Numbered from the stretch's first letter, positions 52,164 to 63,900 are shown. The stretch is DNA of 64,000 nt from Octopus sinensis (GCF_006345805.1 NC_043024.1:2604001-2668000); one strand, 5' to 3'. Translations and numbers: made by a program. The notes: generated by a model not told the origin, from the sequence alone.

Positions 52164-55100
52164 TTCCATGGCGTGCATGGAGGCTACGGTTATGGTTCCC
52201 GCAACGAGGAGGGAACCAGGCTGCTGGAGTTCTGCGATGCGAATAGTCTTATGATTTGCAACACTAACTTCAGGAAACCGACAAGCCACCTGGTCACCTA
52301 CCGATCGGGCCGGCATACTAGCCAAATCGACTACATCCTTGCCAGAAAAAGGGAAAGATGGCTGCTTATAAATGCCAAAACCTTCCCAGGTGAAGAATGC
52401 ACCCCACAACATAGACTGGTAGTTAGTGACTTTAGGATCAGGACAAAGAGGGCGACTAGAAGACGACCAACATGGAGAAGAAGGGTCTGGAAGCTTAAAG
52501 ACCCTGCGAATGGACAGAGATTTAGAGATATGTTATTTGAAGCCTTAGACGAAATGGAAGGGAGTATAGCTACGCATGGGGTAGAAGACAACTGGACGCT
52601 TCTGAGGGACAACCTGCTGAAAGCCGCTGACCAGATCTGTGGCTGGTGCAAAGTCCCCTTAAGACCCAAAATAACGTGGTGGTGGAACAATATTGTTGAC
52701 AGGGCTATTAGACAAAAGAAACAGGCTTGGAAGGCCTGGAAGAACGGTGGTAGCAGGGAAGTGTATCAGTCTGCCAGAAGGGAAGCCAGGAGACAGGTCT
52801 ATCTAGCCAGAGGGGAGGCAGATAAGGAAAAATTTGCCAATGTCCTGCGTCGTGAGGATGAAAGACTTGAGGTATTTCGTGTTGCAAGACAGTGTGTGAG
52901 AGAGAATCGTGACGTGGTAGGAGAGAAATGTGTTCGCATGGAGGATGGTTCACTTGCGTTAAATGAGGATGCAAAGAGAGAAGCTTGGAGACGCCACTAT
53001 GAAGGTTGCTGAATGAGGAAAATGAATGGGATAAAGAGAGTCTGCCGAATGTCGACCCAACAGAGGGACCAGCAATCCGAGTTAACAGTTCCTTAGTAGA
53101 TAAGGCAATTAGAAGCATGAAAACAGGGAAAGCCCCAGGCCCATCAGGAATTACTGCAGAGATGCTCAAAATATCTGGTGGTGTCGGCTATAGCTTAGTC
53201 ACCCGTATAGTTAACCAGGTGATACACGAGGGGGTCATACCCAATGACTGGTGTAGCAGCATAATAGTCAACTGCTACAAAGGTAAAGGCGACGCCCTAG
53301 AGACAAATAACTACAGGGGCATCAAGCTGCTGGATCAGGTAATGAAGGTTACGGAGAGGGTTGTAGCCCAACTAATTAGAGAGAGAGTTACCTTAGATGA
53401 TATGCAGTTTGGGTTCGTGCCAGGGAAAAGTACTACTGATGCTATATTCCTGGTAAGACAGCTGCAGGAGAAATACCTAGCCAAAGATAAGCCCTTGTAC
53501 CTGGCTTTTGTTGACTTGGAGAAAGCCTTTGACAGGGTCCCCCGGTCCCTTATCTGGTGGTCAATGAGGAAACTAGGGATAGAAGAATGGTTGGTGAGAG
53601 CTGTGCAAGCCATGTACAGAGACGCTGCTAGTAAGGTGAGGGTTGGCAACGAGTACAGTGAAGAATTCCGGGTAGAGGTTGGGGTCCACCAAGGTTCAGT
53701 CCTCAGTCCCCTCCTATTTATCATAGTCCTCCAGGCAATAACGGAGGAATTCAAGACAGGTTGCCCCTGGGAGCTCCTCTATGCTGATGACCTTGCTCTA
53801 ATTGCTGAGTCACTATCAGAACTGGAGGAGAAGTTTCAGGTGTGGAAACAAGGATTAGAATCGAAGGGCCTTAGAATCAACCTAGCCAAAACCAAAGTTC
53901 TAATAAGTAGGAAGGTAGATCAATCACAAACGCCTTCAGGTAGATGGCCCTGCTCGATCTGTAAAAAAGGTGTAGGTAGAAACTCTATAAGATGCACCAA
54001 GTGTAAGCTATGGACACATAAGAGGTGCAGCAATGTCAAAGGAAGGCTAACTAGGAAAATAGTTTTTGTCTGTGGCAAATGCTCAGGAGCAATAAACACT
54101 GGAAATATGCAGAGACCAACTTCTGCCACGTTCCAGGGAGACAAACTAGAAGTAGTTGATAGCTTCCGCTACCTAGGAGACCAAGTCAGTAGCGGGGGTG
54201 GGTGTGCTGAAAGTGTAACTGCTAGAGTAAGAATAGCCTGGGCAAAGTTTAGAGAGCTCTTACCCCTGCTGGTGACAAAAGGCCTCTCGCTCAGAGTAAA
54301 AGGCAGACTGTATGATGCATGTGTACGTACAGCCATGCTACATGGTAGTGAAACATGGGCCGTGACTGCTGAGGATATGCGTAAGCTCGCAAGAAATGAA
54401 GCCAGTATGCTCCGATGGATGTGTAATGTCAGTGTTCATAATCGTCAGAGTGTAAGTTCCTTGAGAGAAAAGTTGAACCTAAGAAGCGTCAGTTGTGGCG
54501 TGCAAGAGAGACGGCTGCGCTGGTATGGTCATGTGACAAGAAAGGCTGAAGATAGTTGTGTGCAAAAGTGCTACACCCTAGCAGTGGAGGGAACCTGTGG
54601 AAGAGGTAGACCCAGGAAAACCTGGGACGAGGTGGTGAAGCACGACCTTCGAACTTTAGGTCTCACTAAGGAAATGTCTAGAGACCGAGACCTATGGAAG
54701 TATGCTGTGCATGAGAAGACCCGGCAAGATTAGTCAGGCCATAACCCGTGCCCCGACCGGGGACGTAGTCAGTCCTGTGCATACCTTCCTTCTTGTGACA
54801 CTTATGAAGACCTGTTGAGGCAAGTGAAAATCAAATCAAATCAAAACAAATCAAAATAGATGAACATCAGTGGAATTGTATTCTTTGTGGTACCAGTGCC
54901 GGTGGCACACAAGAAAACCACCCAAACGTGGCCGTAACCAGTACCGCATCGACTGGCCTCCGTGCTGTGGGCACAACACACACCATCCGATCGTGGCCGT
55001 TCGCCAGCCTCATCTGGCACCTGTGCCGGTGGCACATAAAGACACCATCCGAAGACCCGGCGACGTAGTCAGTCCACCTGTGCATACCTTCCCTCTTATG

Positions 55101-56474
55101 ACACTTGTGAAGACCTGTTGAGGCAAGTGTGTGACACTTGTGAAGACCTGTTGAGGCAGAGGCAAGTGTGTGACACTTGTGGAGACCTGTTGAGGCAAGT
55201 GTGTGACCCTTGTGAAGACCTGTTGAGGCAAGTGAAAATCAAACCAAATCAAAATAGATGAATATCAATGGAATTTGTATCTTTGTGGTTCCAGTACCGG
55301 TGGCACACAAGAAAACCATCCGAACGTGGCCGTCGACTGGCCTCCATGCTGTGGGCACAACAAACACCATCTGATCGTGGCCGTTCGCCAGCCTCACCTG
55401 GCACCTGTGTCGGTGGCACATAAAAACACCATCCAAAGACCCGGCGACGTAGTCAGTCCACCTGTGCATACCTTCCCTCTTATGACACTTGTGAAGACCT
55501 GTTGAGGCAGAGGCAAGTGTGTGACACTTTGTGAAGACCTGTTGAGGCAGAGGCAAGTGTGTGACACTTGTGAAGACCTGTTGAGGCAAGTGTGTGACAC
55601 TTGTGGAGACCTGTTGAGGCAAGTGTGTGACACGCGTGACACTTGTGAAGACCTGTTGAGGCAAGTGAAATCAAACCAAATCAAAATAGATGAACATCAA
55701 TGGAATTTGTATCTTTGTGGTTCCAGTACCGGTGGCACACAAGAAAACCATCCGATCGTGGCCGTTCGCCAGCCACATCTGGCACCTGTGTCGGTGGCAC
55801 ATAAAGACACCATCCGAAGACCCGGCGACGTAGACAGTCCACCTATGCATACCTTCCTTCTTGTGACACTTGTGAAGACCTGTTGAGGCAAGTGAAATCA
55901 AATCAAATCAAATCAAATCAAAACAAATCAAAATAGATGAACATAAATGGAATTTGTATCTTTGTGGTACCAGTGCCGGTGGCACACAAGAAAATCATCC
56001 GCACGTGGCCGTAGCCAGTACCGCATAGACTGGCCTCCGTGCTTTGGGGACGTAACAAACACCATCTGATCGTGGCCGTCCGCCAGCCTCATCTGGCACC
56101 TGTGTCGGTGGCACATAAAAACACCATCCGAGCGTGGCCGTCTGCCAGCCTCGTCTGGCACCTGTGTCGGTGGCACATAAAAACACCATCCGAGCGTGGC
56201 CGTTCGCCAGCCTCGTCTGGCACCTGTGTCGGTGGCACATAAAATCACCCACTACACTCTCGGAGTGGTTGGCGTTAGGAAGGGCATCCAGCTGTAGAAA
56301 CACTGCCAGATCTGACTGGCCTGGTGCAGCCTTCGGGCTCCCCAGACCCCAGTTGAACCGTCCAACCCATGCTAGCATGGAAAACGGACGCTAAATGATG
56401 ATGATGATGATGATGAACTGTCCAACCCATGCTAGCATGGAAAACGGACGCTAAACGATGATGATGATGATGAT
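52164..56474 (+). mobile_element. RTE-clade LINE, 5'-truncated, near intact, with expanded modular 3' UTR; inserted in a SINE inside an AKR intron
   Basis: ORFs 52173-53012 and 53006-54733 are separated by one 1-bp deletion. YADD is intact. The 3' UTR is ~1.7 kb and ends in (GAT)n. Confidence 0.95.
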
Positions 56475-57524
56475 ATATATATATGTGTGTGTGTGTGTCT
56501 GTGTTTGTCCCCCCCAACATCGCTTGACAACCGATGCTGGTGTGTTTACATCCCTGTAACTTAGCGGTTCGGCAAAAGGAGACTGATAGAATAAGTACTA
56601 GGCTTACAAAGAATAAGTCCTGGGGTCGATTTGCTTGACTAAAGATGGTGCTCCAGCATGACCACAGTCAAATGACTGAAACCAGTAAAAGGGTAAAAAG
56701 ATATATAAATCATAATTTGACAGAAGGAAGTGTTTGGTGTTGTTTGTAATTGATAATACTGTAATTAGGATTACAGCTTATCAGTTGATAGTTAAGCCAA
56801 CATCCTCATTTAATGTCTGTTTCCCATGCTGGCATTGGTTGGACGGTTTAGCAGGAGCAGGCAACCAGAAGATTATGCCAAGCTCTAATGTTCACTTTGG
56901 CATGGTTTCTATTGTTGAATGACTTTCCTAATACCAGCCACTTTACTGCATGTATGGGGTGCTTTTTTTTTTTTTTGCCATCCCACCAACACTATCTGGT
57001 GTGCCTGCCCCTGGTCCTGCTCAGTTTTTCTTCGAGTGAGCTTACTGCAGTCATTCTCTTTTGACGGCTGTAGCTCAAATGCAGCATGTATGCCATAAAC
57101 ATCCTCTTGCCACTAATGAGCGCAGGTTCGCTGCTCATAAGGAGCTGCTGGCTAGAAAGCATGCGGACTGAGGTCACCCTGCAGCTCATAAAATTATGGA
57201 ACCCGAGGGAAGCGACATCAGCTCCATGCTAGTGGATGAGGGGTTAAAGTATGATTGAAGGGTGGGGGAAGGGCTGGGTCTTAAAGAGGAGCTGTATGGT
57301 TACTCCCATTCAGAAAAAAAAAAGGGGTCAAGAACAATCAGTTGGAGATGTTGAAGATGAGGTGTTCAGGTGGCCCCTTAAGGCCTAAGCTGAGTAGAAG
57401 TGGGTGGGTAAGGGTTTTGAAAGATTGTGCGGAGCAACATGTCTGTGTGTGTGTGTCTGTCTGTGCGTCTCTCTCTGTGGGTGTGTACACACGTTTATGT
57501 ATTTTTGTTTTTAATTTTTCTTAG

Positions 57525-57687
57525 TAAAGAAAGGAGCAGGTATGTTATTGCCACTAAGGTCCGGGTCAACACCAACCCCAACGACCCGACCGACGTCAAT
57601 GCTGTTGGGCTCAGTCGTAAACACATTGTGGCCGGCTTGGAGAAGAGTCTTGAGTGTCTGCAGACCAATTATGTGGACCTTTATCAG
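57525..57687 (+). CDS. Aldo-keto reductase exon b (catalytic Lys)
   Basis: AG|..[13 protein letters not shown]...[27 protein letters not shown]|GTAAGT; phase matches exon a. Confidence 0.92.
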
Positions 57688-57949
57688 GTAAGTCCCCACT
57701 TACTATAATGCACACACATTCAAATTTTGTAGGGAGGAGTTAGAATAGCATAGAAAGGATAAAGTATCCGTAGTAGTTATTTAGTCCAGTTAGATCCGAT
57801 CTTAGCTGGCCAGTGATAAAACACATTCCAAACAAGACCACCCTGTCTTGTTTTCAGGAATAGTCTACAAAATGGGCCGGAAAGTTCCTGGCTTTGGGAT
57901 AAATGAAAATAGAGGAGGATCAGTTAATTATGATTTTATTCAACATATT

Positions 57950-58212
57950 CCCCGACTGGTCTCCGTGCCAGTGGCACATAAAAAGCACCATTTGATCGTG
58001 GCCATTTGCCAGCCTCGTCTGGCACCTGTGCCAGTGGCACGTAAAAAGCACCCACTACACTCATAGAGTGGTTGGCGTTAGGAAGGGCATCCAGCCGTAG
58101 AAACATTGCCAGATCAGACTGAGCCATGGTGCAGCCTCCTGGCTTCCCAGATCCTGGTCGAACCGTCCAACCCATGCCAGCATGGAAAGCGGACGCTAAA
58201 CGATGATGATGA
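57950..58212 (+). mobile_element. RTE 3' terminal fragment in an AKR intron
   Basis: GTGGCAC repeat, GGAAGGGCATCCAG tail and (GAT)n. Confidence 0.8.
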
Positions 58213-58302
58213 TTCCCCTCTCAGATTCACACACTTATTACAGTGGTCCTTGAGTTTTTCTAAGCCCTGTATAAGAACTTGGAAAGACGGGTCTCCATCT
58301 AG

Positions 58303-58356
58303 GCCTTAGAGAAGAGTCTTGAGTGTTTGCAGACCAATTATGTGGACCTTTATCAG
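58303..58356 (+). other. Duplicated 3' part of AKR exon b, a candidate 54-nt cassette exon
   Basis: CTAG|[18 protein letters not shown]|GTAAGT. The downstream intron sequence is duplicated too. Confidence 0.6.
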
Positions 58357-58563
58357 GTAAGTTTCCACTTGCTATAACATACACACAAACACACATTTTA
58401 GTGAAGAGTTAGAAAGGACAAAATATTTGTAATTATTTAATCCAGTAGGCCTATGTTCCAAACATGACCACCCTGTGTTGTTTTCAGGAATAGTGTATCT
58501 TGAACTACATTATGGAGAATTCCATCTGACCCCTGCAAGTATGAAAAAAGTGAACATACAAAC

Positions 58564-58605
<42 letters not shown>

Positions 58606-58622
58606 GCCATTCCAGTTCTTAC

Positions 58623-59194
58623 TTCCAAAGACTCCTATTCTGTTTCCAAAAACCCCTGTTCCGTCTCCAGAGACCCCTGTTCCATCTCTAGAGACCCATG
58701 TTCCATCTCCAGAGACCCCTGTTCCTTCTCCAAAGACCCCTGTTCCATCTCCTGAGACCCCTGTTCCATCTCCTGAGACCCCTGTTCCATCTCCTGAGAC
58801 CCCTGTTCCATCTCTAGAGACCCCTGTTCCATCTCCAGAGACCCCTGTTCCTTCTCCAAAGGCCTCTGTTCCATCTCCAAAGACCCCTGTTCCGTCTCCA
58901 AAGAACCCTGTTTCGTATCCAAAGAACCCTGTTTCATCTCCAAAGACCCCTGTTCCATCTCCAAAGACCCCTGTTTCGTCTCCAAAGACCCCTGTTCCGT
59001 CTCCAAAGACTCCTGTTCCATCTCCAAGGACTCCTATTTTATCTCCAAAGACTCATATTCTGTCTCCAAAGACTCCTGTTCCATCTCCAAAGACTCCTAT
59101 TTTATCTCCAAAGACTCATATTCCGTCTCCAAAGACTCCTACTTTGTCCCCAAAACCCAACATACCATCTTCAGAGATGAGATCAACACCTAAA
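58623..59194 (+). repeat. 21-bp minisatellite (CCCTGTTCCATCTCCAAAGAC)n, ~25 units, flanked by a 19-bp direct repeat
   Basis: Reads (SPKTPVP)n. AAGCCATTCCAGTTCTTAC occurs at 58604-58622 and 59195-59213. Confidence 0.9.
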
Positions 59195-59251
59195 AAGCCA
59201 TTCCAGTTCTTACCACATCTCTATTTATTTTTTTTCCCCCTTCGTAACCAG

Positions 59252-59425
59252 GCTCACTGCTGGGACAGTGGTACACCAATCAAGGAAACCCTTTTGACCT
59301 TCCACGATTTACAAAGAGCTGGCAAGATCCATCATATTGGTGTAAGCAATTTCTGTGGCTGGCAGCTACAGAAAACGGTGGACCTGGCCAACCACATCGG
59401 TATGTCATCAATTCTTACTCTTCAG
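59252..59425 (+). CDS. Aldo-keto reductase exon c (catalytic His)
   Basis: AG|AHCWDSGTPIKETL...GKIHHIGVSNF...LTLQ|GTAAGT; phase 0/0. Confidence 0.92.
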
Positions 59426-59578
59426 GTAAGTTGAAGCAATATTTTAGAGGTTGTTTTTTTCCTAATTTTGTTTTATTTTTGTTCTTTTATTTCCTCAATG
59501 TTATAGTTACACATCCTGCAGTTAATGTAGAAAACACTTGTCTAAGGTGTGAACCAATTATGTGGCCATCTCTGTATT

Positions 59579-59624
<46 letters not shown>

Positions 59625-60247
59625 GCTATGTGTGTATATATTTATGTATGCAGTGTGTGTAAAGGGTAAAGACCCTCTTTGGTCATGACTGACCGTGGGA
59701 CTGCACCTAGAAAGTTCCCCTCCGGACACGGTTGTTTTATGGAAGACCAGCAGTCACCCATGCATGCCACCCTCCACTCTCCACACCACTGATGTTATCC
59801 AAGGGAAATGTAAAGGGACCGATACAGCTTGGCACCAGTGACATCGTATCTCTTAAACACACTAGCATCGGTCGTCAAGCGATGTTGGTGGGGACAAACA
59901 CACACACACGCACACATATATATATGAGGGCTTCTTTCAGTTTCTGTCTACCAGATCCACTCTCAAGGCTTTGGTTGGCCTGAGGCCACAGCCAAAGACA
60001 CTTGCCCAAGGTGCCACGCGGTGGGACTGAACCTGGAACCTTGTGGTTGATAAGCAAGCTACTTACCACACAGCCACTCCTGCGCCTACCTGATTTAAAA
60101 TACAAAAATACTGGGGGTAGATTTATTTGACTAAAGCCCTTCAAGTCAGTGCCCCAGCATGGCCACAGTTCAATGACTGAAACAAGTAAAAGATAAGAAG
60201 AAATTGTTATATATATATATAAATAATGCTTATTTTTGTTTCCATAG

Positions 60248-60345
60248 CAACAATACAGTCTCATGGAGAGAAATGCTGAGTTTGAAGAATTCCAAGTGTG
60301 CCAAAATGACGGAATATCCATTTTACCATGGAGTCCCCTAAAAGG
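60248..60345 (+). CDS. Aldo-keto reductase exon d
   Basis: AG|QQYSLMERNAEFEEF...ILPWSPLKG|GTGAG. Confidence 0.92.
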
Positions 60346-60625
60346 GTGAGCAACATCTGACCTTTTATTCTAGAATAATTTGTAATTCTTTGAAATATTT
60401 GTCATTGCTCCTGTTACTATGTCAACGTCAAGGGCTGACATTGTGTGGTGGTTTGACATGCTAGAAATAGTTCCTGAAAGCTGTTTCTTGTACCTTGGAC
60501 AGACCACTTGAGCCTTACCAACTTCCTACACTTTGATCCTTGGATTTTACACACACACACACACTTATATATTGTGTGTGTGTGAGAGAGAGAGCTTTCA
60601 TTTAATAAACTATATCTCTTTCCAG

Positions 60626-60807
60626 TGGTTTCCTCTCTGGTAAATTCAAAAGAACTGAAGCCCCTTCGGCAGAATCTAGGATCGGGTATACAGCTCTGGA
60701 TGAGAAAAACCGGGTTCTTGAAACCCAACCTGGATGGTCCACTTTACAATCCAGAGACGACATTTGGCTCCTTCTTGACGCTATGAAAAAAATTGCACAA
60801 AATCACA
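60626..60807 (+). CDS. Aldo-keto reductase exon e
   Basis: AG|.GFLSGKFKR...LLDAMKKIAQNH|GTAAGT; phases consistent with neighbours. Confidence 0.9.
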
Positions 60808-61198
60808 GTAAGTTCAGGGGTTTTTATCTTTTCTAACAGTCGGCCCCTATTCCCTACAATAAAAACCTCCACAATTTTTATGCTTTTATTTGGTGGAAGA
60901 AGGGCCCATCCTCTTGTCTGTTAATTTTATTATTTGTTTATTTGGATTGACCACACACACACACACACGTGTGTGTGTGTGTGTGTGTATATACTCTCTT
61001 TTACTTGTTTCAGTCATTTGACTGTGGCCATGCTGGAGCACCGCCTTCAGTCGAGCAAATCTATCCCAGGACTTATTCTTTGTAAGCCTAGTACTTACTC
61101 TGTCAGTCTCTTTTGCTGAACCGGTAAGTTACGGGGACGTAAGCACACCAGCATCAGTTGTCAAGTGATGTTGGGGGATCAAACACATACACAAACAA

Positions 61199-61235
<37 letters not shown>

Positions 61236-61437
61236 AATATATATATATATATATATAAAAAAGGAAATGAAGAAAATGCTGACAAAATAATTTAAGTAAT
61301 TTAATTAGGTGAAAGTTCTTTTTACCGGTAAAAAACATTCACCTAATTAAATTACTTAAATTACTTAAATTATTTTGTCAGCATTTTCTTCATTTCCTTT
61401 TTTATATATCACAACTCGTGTTCCACATCTCCTTTTT

Positions 61438-61479
<42 letters not shown>

Positions 61480-61830
61480 TACAATGGGCTTCTTTCAGTT
61501 TTTGGCTACCAAATCCACTCACAAGGCTTTGGTCGGCCCGAGGCCATAGCAGAAGACACTTGCCCAAGGTGCCACGCAGTGGGACTGAACCCAGAACCAT
61601 ATGGTTCGTAAGCAAGCTACTTACCACACAGCCACTCCTACGCCTATACATATATGTATATTTTAAGCAAAATTTAAATTCTAAGTGAATTTAGAAGCTT
61701 TGTATATTCTTAAACACCTGGAATGGTTCATCCATTGTAAAGCTATTTCAACACAAAACCTCGGATCCAAATTATTTTCTAGACAAGGTATAACCCCTAA
61801 AAAAAATTTTTTTTTTTTTGTTTTTGCTAG

Positions 61831-61970
61831 ATAAAAGTGTGGCGCAAGTTGCCATTCGGTGGCTCCTTCAGAGAAAGATGGTGGCATCAGTTATCATCGG
61901 TGCTAAAACTATGTACCAGCTTGATGACAATCTTGGGGCTTCCAGTGGCTGGGAACTGACATGTGAAGAG
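61831..61970 (+). CDS. Aldo-keto reductase exon f
   Basis: AG|.KSVAQVAIRWLLQ...VIIGAKTMYQLDDNLGA..WELTCEE|GTAGG. The terminal exon was not found in the window. Confidence 0.92.
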
Positions 61971-62393
61971 GTAGGGCTTTCTTAAAAATCCTTTTTATTC
62001 TTGTCTTGTTTTGTTAATGTCTGTCTTTTGATGCTAGAATCGGTTGGACTTGCACATATATGCACTCATATATACAATAAATATATATATATCACCGTGA
62101 CTGACCAGGTTATCAGATGTTGCTACACATCGCTGGTCACAATGCACTTCGCATTGTTTTAGCCTTCAAATGACGCCACCCCGCTGGCTAAGCGAGCAGG
62201 CCTACAGAAGAAAGAGCGAGAGAAAGTTGTGGCGAAAGAGTACAGCAGGGATCGCCACCACCCCCTGCAGGAGCCTCGTGGAGCTTTTAGGTGTTTTCGC
62301 TCAATAAACACTCACAACGCCCGGCCTGGGAATTGAAACCACGATCCTACGACCGCAAGTCCGCTGCCCTAACCACTGGGCCATTGCGCCTCC

Positions 62394-62419
<26 letters not shown>

Positions 62420-62424
<5 letters not shown>

Positions 62425-62620
62425 ACCTCGTGTGTACCGTTGGCGATTTTTTTCCTCTGTCTTCCCTTCTCTGGATCTTTCCTTCTCCTATGTTTCCGAC
62501 GAAGAGCTCCGCTCGAAACGTTAAACCCTCCTTCTTTCCTTCTTTCCTGAGCGTCCAATAATACTATATTTGTTCCATGTCCTCGTGTTGTGTTTTTTTG
62601 GTGTTTTCTTGTTTGGATTA
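62420..62620 (+). mobile_element. Penelope-like terminal-repeat fragment, family A
   Basis: Near-identical to 25035-25170 but outside the segmental duplication, so a dispersed repeat. Confidence 0.55.
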
Positions 62621-62632
62621 ACTTTATATATG

Positions 62633-62670
<38 letters not shown>

Positions 62671-62859
62671 AGTTAGCTTTTTATATAACCTGTATGAAAT
62701 CTTGAGTTACATCCAGGAGATAAAACAGTCTTCAGAAAGACAAATACCTCTGGTATTATCAATACCAACAGATAACGGGCCACTCGAGTTATCTCATACA
62801 CTGGCCACATTAACGTTTTAAGTTCATTTCAAATTTTGGCAGAAGATCAGCAATTTCAG

Positions 62860-63784
62860 GTTAGGGGGACTGGTACTTATTGACTTCAAAAGTGTGAAAA
62901 AAAAGCTGAGTCAACCGTGGTGGAATTTGAACTCGGAATGTAAAGATAATAAAATGCTAATAATTCTGCCAGCTCTCTTCCCTACAGTAGCTTTTAATAT
63001 TGATTTCAAATTTTAGCACAAGGCCGGCAATTTTGGGGGAGGTGGGTGGGTCGATTACATTGATCCCCAGTGTTTAACTGGTACTTCCTTTCTCATTCTC
63101 GAAAGGATGAAAAGGGAAGTTGGCCCCGGCAGCATTTGAATAATAATAATGCTTTCAAATTTTGGCACAAGGCTAGCAATTTTAGAGTGGGTAAGTTGAT
63201 TCCCTCAACCCCAGTACTCAACTGGTACTTATTTTATTGATCCCAAAAGCAAAGTAGACCGTAGCTGAATTTGAACCCAGAACATAGATGAAGTACCACT
63301 AAGCATTTTGCCCCGTGTGCTAACGGTTCTGCCAGCTCTCCACCCTAATAATCCTTTCTAAGCACAAGGACTGAAATTTCTGGGCATTCTATCAGATCGA
63401 CCCCAGTGTGTAACTGGTACTTAATTTATTGACCCCGAAAGGATGAAAGGCAAAGTCGACCTCTGCAGAATTTGAACCCAGAACATACCGGCAGACGAAA
63501 TGCCGCCAAGCATCTTGCCTGGTTTGCTCACAGTTCTACCAGCTTGCCACCCTAATGATAATAATAATCCTTTCTACTATAGGCACAAGGCCTGAAATGG
63601 CGGGTGGGTGGGGGACTAGTCAATTACATCAACCCCAGTATGTAACTGGTACTTAATTTATCGACTACGAAAGGATGAAAGGCAAAGTCGACCTCAGTGG
63701 AATTTGAACTCAGAACATACAGACAGACGAAATACTGCTAAGCATTTTGCCTGGTGTGCTAACGATTCTGCTAGCTCACTGCCC

Positions 63785-63815
<31 letters not shown>

Positions 63816-63900
63816 TTCAAATTTTGGCACAAATCCAGCAAGCTCATGGAAGGGCTGAGACCCCACTGTTTAACTGGTATTTTATTTTCTCACTACCAAA
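62860..63900 (-). mobile_element. Head-to-tail cluster of ~6 degenerate S3 SINEs
   Basis: Repeated AACTGGTACTTAATTTATCGACCCCGAAAGGATGAAAGGCAAAGTCGACCTC core separated by (AAT)n. The same family occurs at 4420-4620, 5670-5890 and 29925-30305. Confidence 0.75.

Noticed and set aside
56990-57260. GC-richer stretch with a His/Cys-containing frame (HVCHKHPLATNERR...)
   Set aside because: Interrupted by stops and no family recognised; probably an old TE fragment.
62737-62822. Possible AKR terminal exon (EIKQSSERQIP...)
   Set aside because: Weak acceptor and no resemblance to AKR C-termini.
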